Below are positions 28,932-32,000 of a stretch of DNA of 32,000 nucleotides, one piece after another (the stretch's first letter is position 1; each line of letters begins with the position of its first letter). Both the position numbers and the translations under genes were made by a program. Source of the stretch: Paramicrosporidium saccamoebae KSL3 (Eukaryota; Fungi; Cryptomycota); NCBI GenBank assembly GCA_002794465.1, contig MTSL01000213.1:139787-171786 (forward strand). The letters run 5' to 3'. The notes beneath the pieces were generated by a model. The model saw only the letters and a program-made list of their open reading frames with translations, searched no databases and was not told the origin of the DNA.

Positions 28932-29863
28932 TTAGAGCGAATCGCATTCGATCTTTGCTAATTGGTAAGTCTCTGGCCAGTCTTTAATGTTCTCGCAGAT
29001 AAACTTGGTATGCTGGAGCGCTTTTTTATGCCATTCGACCGGCTTTGCTACGGTTGGCGGCTTCTGAACAGCTTTTATGGCTGCCTCAGCCTTGCGGACG
29101 ACCCACGATGATACATCCACGGACGGCACACCAAAATAGGCTCTTACTCGCTGTCTGCCTTCAAAGGCGAGCGTGCACCAGAATGGCTGCTCGTTGGTGA
29201 GGTTCTCGATGACGCAAAGACTCGGAAAGGTGGCAAGCAAATACGCTGATGCGTGGTTATACCGGTTGGCTGCCTCAAGAATCTCGGGTGTTCTATCTTT
29301 GAGTGCAGCTGGTAGGCTCACGGAACCAACGCTTTTGGCTAGATAATATAGACACCCCATTGTCTTTTCCAAGGGACTATCTGGGTTGGACATGATCGCC
29401 ATACTATATGGTTAGAACCATCCAGCAATAAGTGGTACCAATGTTTTTGAATAGAGTATTCGGAGAGCTGTGTATCAATATAGTCTAGAGCCAAGAAGCA
29501 TGTATTGAAATCCTCGCTTTTGCAGGCCAGGTCGAAAGTCTCTGCTCGAACACTATCAGCCAATATTTTCTTTTGTGGTTCCTTCAGTTGTATCAGCTGT
29601 GCGTTTGCCTCATTCAAGTACGCGCTCACAATATGCAATGGAGTATCGCGGATGACAGCGGCAAATTTACTACGCTGGTTACTTAGCGCGGCCGCTGCCA
29701 CTATCTTTGGAAAATTGGTCACTTGAAGCTGGGAAGCCCCGCTTGGCAGGGTTGGTAGACCTTCCTTGCCCGCCGCCTCAATCACCTCCTTTAACTCTTC
29801 CACACTTGGAATTTCTGCATGGATACTGAGCAGAAAAAACACGAGAACAAAGAGATGCTTCAT
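28932..29863 (-). CDS. Orphan secreted protein, 298 aa, 1 intron (29404-29438)
   Basis: Leader MKHLFVLVFFLLSIHA. A 35-nt GT...CTAAC...TAG intron joins ORFs 29339..29863 and 28932..29402 in frame. Confidence 0.72.
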
Positions 29864-29971
29864 GATGTCGCAATGGGACCACGGGACTATGTAGAGCTAT
29901 GGACGGACGAATCATAAAATGCATTTGCACCACCTCGAACCAATCATATCCAATAATCGGCATTACATGGC

Positions 29972-30238
29972 ACTGTATAATTGTAATCGATATTATGCAA
30001 CTGTATAAACGAAATTGACATTCCGTGACTGTATAAGTGACATCGACCTTATGCAACTGTATAAGCAAAATTAAAATTCCGTGACTGTATAAGTGGAATC
30101 GATCTTATGCAACTGTGTATCTTGGAATTGACATTGATTGTATACTTTGAAATTGACATTCTGTGACTGTATAATTTGGAATTAACATTCTGTGGCTGTA
30201 AACTTTGGAATTGATATTATGTGACTGTATAATTTGGT
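29972..30238. repeat. 28-29 bp minisatellite, about 10 units, alternating A/B variants
   Basis: ACTGT core at 29972, 30000, 30028, 30056, 30084, 30112 (28-bp period), then 30166, 30195 (GCTGT), 30224 (29-bp period). Confidence 0.9.
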
Positions 30239-30315
30239 ATACTCCTAGCGGTTAGATTTGACTCTTAGGAATTTGACGGCTTACCATTCATTGGATAGCC
30301 GAGGTAGTGTTCGGC

Positions 30316-31437
30316 ATGAGAGTTGCTATACAGGGCTGTGGGCATGGAAACCTCAATTCCATTTATGCGGCCCTTGCAAAGCTACAGAATGACCGTCCGG
30401 TGGATTTGCTGCTGATATGCGGTGATTTCCAAGCAGTACGACATGAGGCCGACCTGGAGACACTGGCTTGCCCCCCCAAATACCGACACCTGGGCGACTT
30501 TCCCGAATATTACAGTGGAAGGAGGAAGGCGCCCGTGCTGACACTGTTTATTGGAGGAAACCATGAGGCGAGTTCGCATCTGTGGGATTTGTATCATGGC
30601 GGCTGGGTGGCACCGAACATGTACTTTTTGGGCTTTTCCGGCTGTGTGCGGTTTGGAGGACTGCGGATTTCGGGAATCAGTGGGCTGTATGACCCGCGTC
30701 ACATAAAAATGGGATATTATGAACGGATGCCATACACAGGCGACATGATCCGCTCCATATACCACACCCGGGAAGTGGAATACCGAAAGTTGGAGCTGTT
30801 GCAGGGAAAGACGGACGTGTTCATGTCGCATGAATGGCCTCACAAGATTTACGAACACGGTAATCTTAATGAACTACTGCGCTGCAAACCACACTTTCGT
30901 AACGACATTCAATCACGCGGTATTGGTGCTCCTCCCCTTGCCAAGCTGCTGAAAGTGTTGCAACCGATCCGTTGGTATGCGGCGCATATGCACGTGGAAT
31001 TCAAAGCGACGGTGCAACATGATCAAAATGTCACCGAGTTTTTGGCATTGGACAAATGTTTACCGGGACGACGACATATGCAGATAGTAGACATTCCCGC
31101 CGCTGGACCGATGCAGCTGGAGTATGACGAGGAATGGCTTTCTATTGTGCGGGCCATGGACCCTTTCTTAAGCCTAAACCGGACCGCCCCAGCCATTCCT
31201 GACAAAGTTGATCTCACTGACCATGTTGATTTTGTCCGTCGTCTCAAGGAAAGCCGTAGTCTAAAGATTTCTGAACGAAATAGCAAGCCATCCGACACGC
31301 CAGGGAAACGCACAACTCTTTTGCAAACCAGCGAATTTTGTCGTATGTTACAAATTCAGGATCGTTGGGGGTTACCCTTTAATCTCAAATTGACCAATAA
31401 TCCCGATGAGATTTGCAGTCATGAGAATAACCAGTAG
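30316..31437 (+). CDS. DBR1: RNA lariat debranching enzyme
   Basis: MRVAIQGCGHG, LLICGDFQAVR, CPPKYRHLGDF..YYSG...APVLTLFIGGNHEAS, HGGWVAPNMYFLG, DVFMSHEWP, AAHMHV, FLALDKCLP. Confidence 0.96.
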   Translation: MRVAIQGCGHGNLNSIYAALAKLQNDRPVDLLLICGDFQAVRHEADLETLACPPKYRHLGDFPEYYSGRRKAPVLTLFIGGNHEASSHLWDLYHGGWVAPNMYFLGFSGCVRFGGLRISGISGLYDPRHIKMGYYERMPYTGDMIRSIYHTREVEYRKLELLQGKTDVFMSHEWPHKIYEHGNLNELLRCKPHFRNDIQSRGIGAPPLAKLLKVLQPIRWYAAHMHVEFKATVQHDQNVTEFLALDKCLPGRRHMQIVDIPAAGPMQLEYDEEWLSIVRAMDPFLSLNRTAPAIPDKVDLTDHVDFVRRLKESRSLKISERNSKPSDTPGKRTTLLQTSEFCRMLQIQDRWGLPFNLKLTNNPDEICSHENNQ

Positions 31438-31512
31438 ATGAATGTATTTGTAGTAAACGATATGTGGTGTGCTAAATTGGCTACCACTGATTTTGTGTAA
31501 ACGTTGGGATGA

Positions 31513-31726
31513 CTACACAAAATCATAGGACCCACACGAAATCATAAAACCCACACGAGATCATAGAATCCGCGCGAGACCATAGAACCCACACTAAATC
31601 ATAGGCTCCACGCGAAATCATAGAACCCACACGAAACCATAAAATCCGCACTAAATCTACACAGAATCTACACAAAGTCTACACGGAATCTGCATAGAAT
31701 CTACACAAAATCTACACTGAATCCAC
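31513..31726. repeat. Compound minisatellite: 19-bp x7 flanked by 11-bp units
   Basis: CATAGAACCCACACGAAAT-type units 31524-31656; CTACACAGAAT-type units x6 from 31657 and one copy at 31513-31523. Confidence 0.9.
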
Positions 31727-31777
31727 CCATCCCCATGCGCATAAAGTCCACACAAAACCTACCCCCCCCCACTTTTA

Positions 31778-32000
31778 TTATACTTCAAAACACCAAGCTT
31801 GTTTGTTAAGACGAGGATTTTCAACAGCCACAAAGGCATCACCACAGGCCAATCGAATGCGTTCAGCGGTGGCCGGACTATCCATCACAAGAGGCGGACA
31901 ATCATGAATTGCATCTCGACGGGCCGAACGCACGGCATGTTGGATGGCAAAGAGCACCGAGGCGGCCAGGAATAGTGGTGGCTCACCCACAGCCTTACTA
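31778..32000 (-). CDS. XDH: Xanthine dehydrogenase/oxidase, C-terminal end (gene continues beyond the window)
   Basis: SKAVGEPPLFLAASVLFAI..AV..AR...MDSPATAERIRLACGD is the conserved XDH/aldehyde oxidase C-terminus. Confidence 0.88.
   Translation of the reverse strand, partial: SKAVGEPPLFLAASVLFAIQHAVRSARRDAIHDCPPLVMDSPATAERIRLACGDAFVAVENPRLNKQAWCFEV

Overview
Eukaryotic, very compact, AT-neutral genomic DNA with about 22 protein-coding genes and one tRNA-Thr(AGT). I infer about 26 tiny spliceosomal introns of 28-37 nt, three with GC donors, and several intergenic gaps of only 11-38 nt. The gene content is fungal/opisthokont-like: two PPT1 paralogs, NDUFB4, Grx3/4, Sec2, an AVT-type amino acid transporter, Mif2/CENP-C, COA8, a patatin TAG lipase, FANCD2, U2A', NAXE, a sphingomyelin-synthase-family enzyme, TCTP, HP1/Swi6, DBR1 and the 3' end of xanthine dehydrogenase. 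Compaction, micro-introns and retained respiratory-chain genes suggest an early-diverging fungal parasite (Rozellomycota, Paramicrosporidium-like); that assignment is inference only. The most unusual items are: (1) two tandem signal-peptide-bearing USP-type deubiquitinases, each ending in a ubiquitin-interacting motif (candidate secreted effectors); (2) a telobox-Myb protein fused to a domain resembling the archaeal chromatin protein MC1; (3) a non-coding interspersed repeat with at least four copies in both orientations, whose terminal motif also seeds local minisatellites. Gene models come from manual translation and remembered family motifs; no database search was run.
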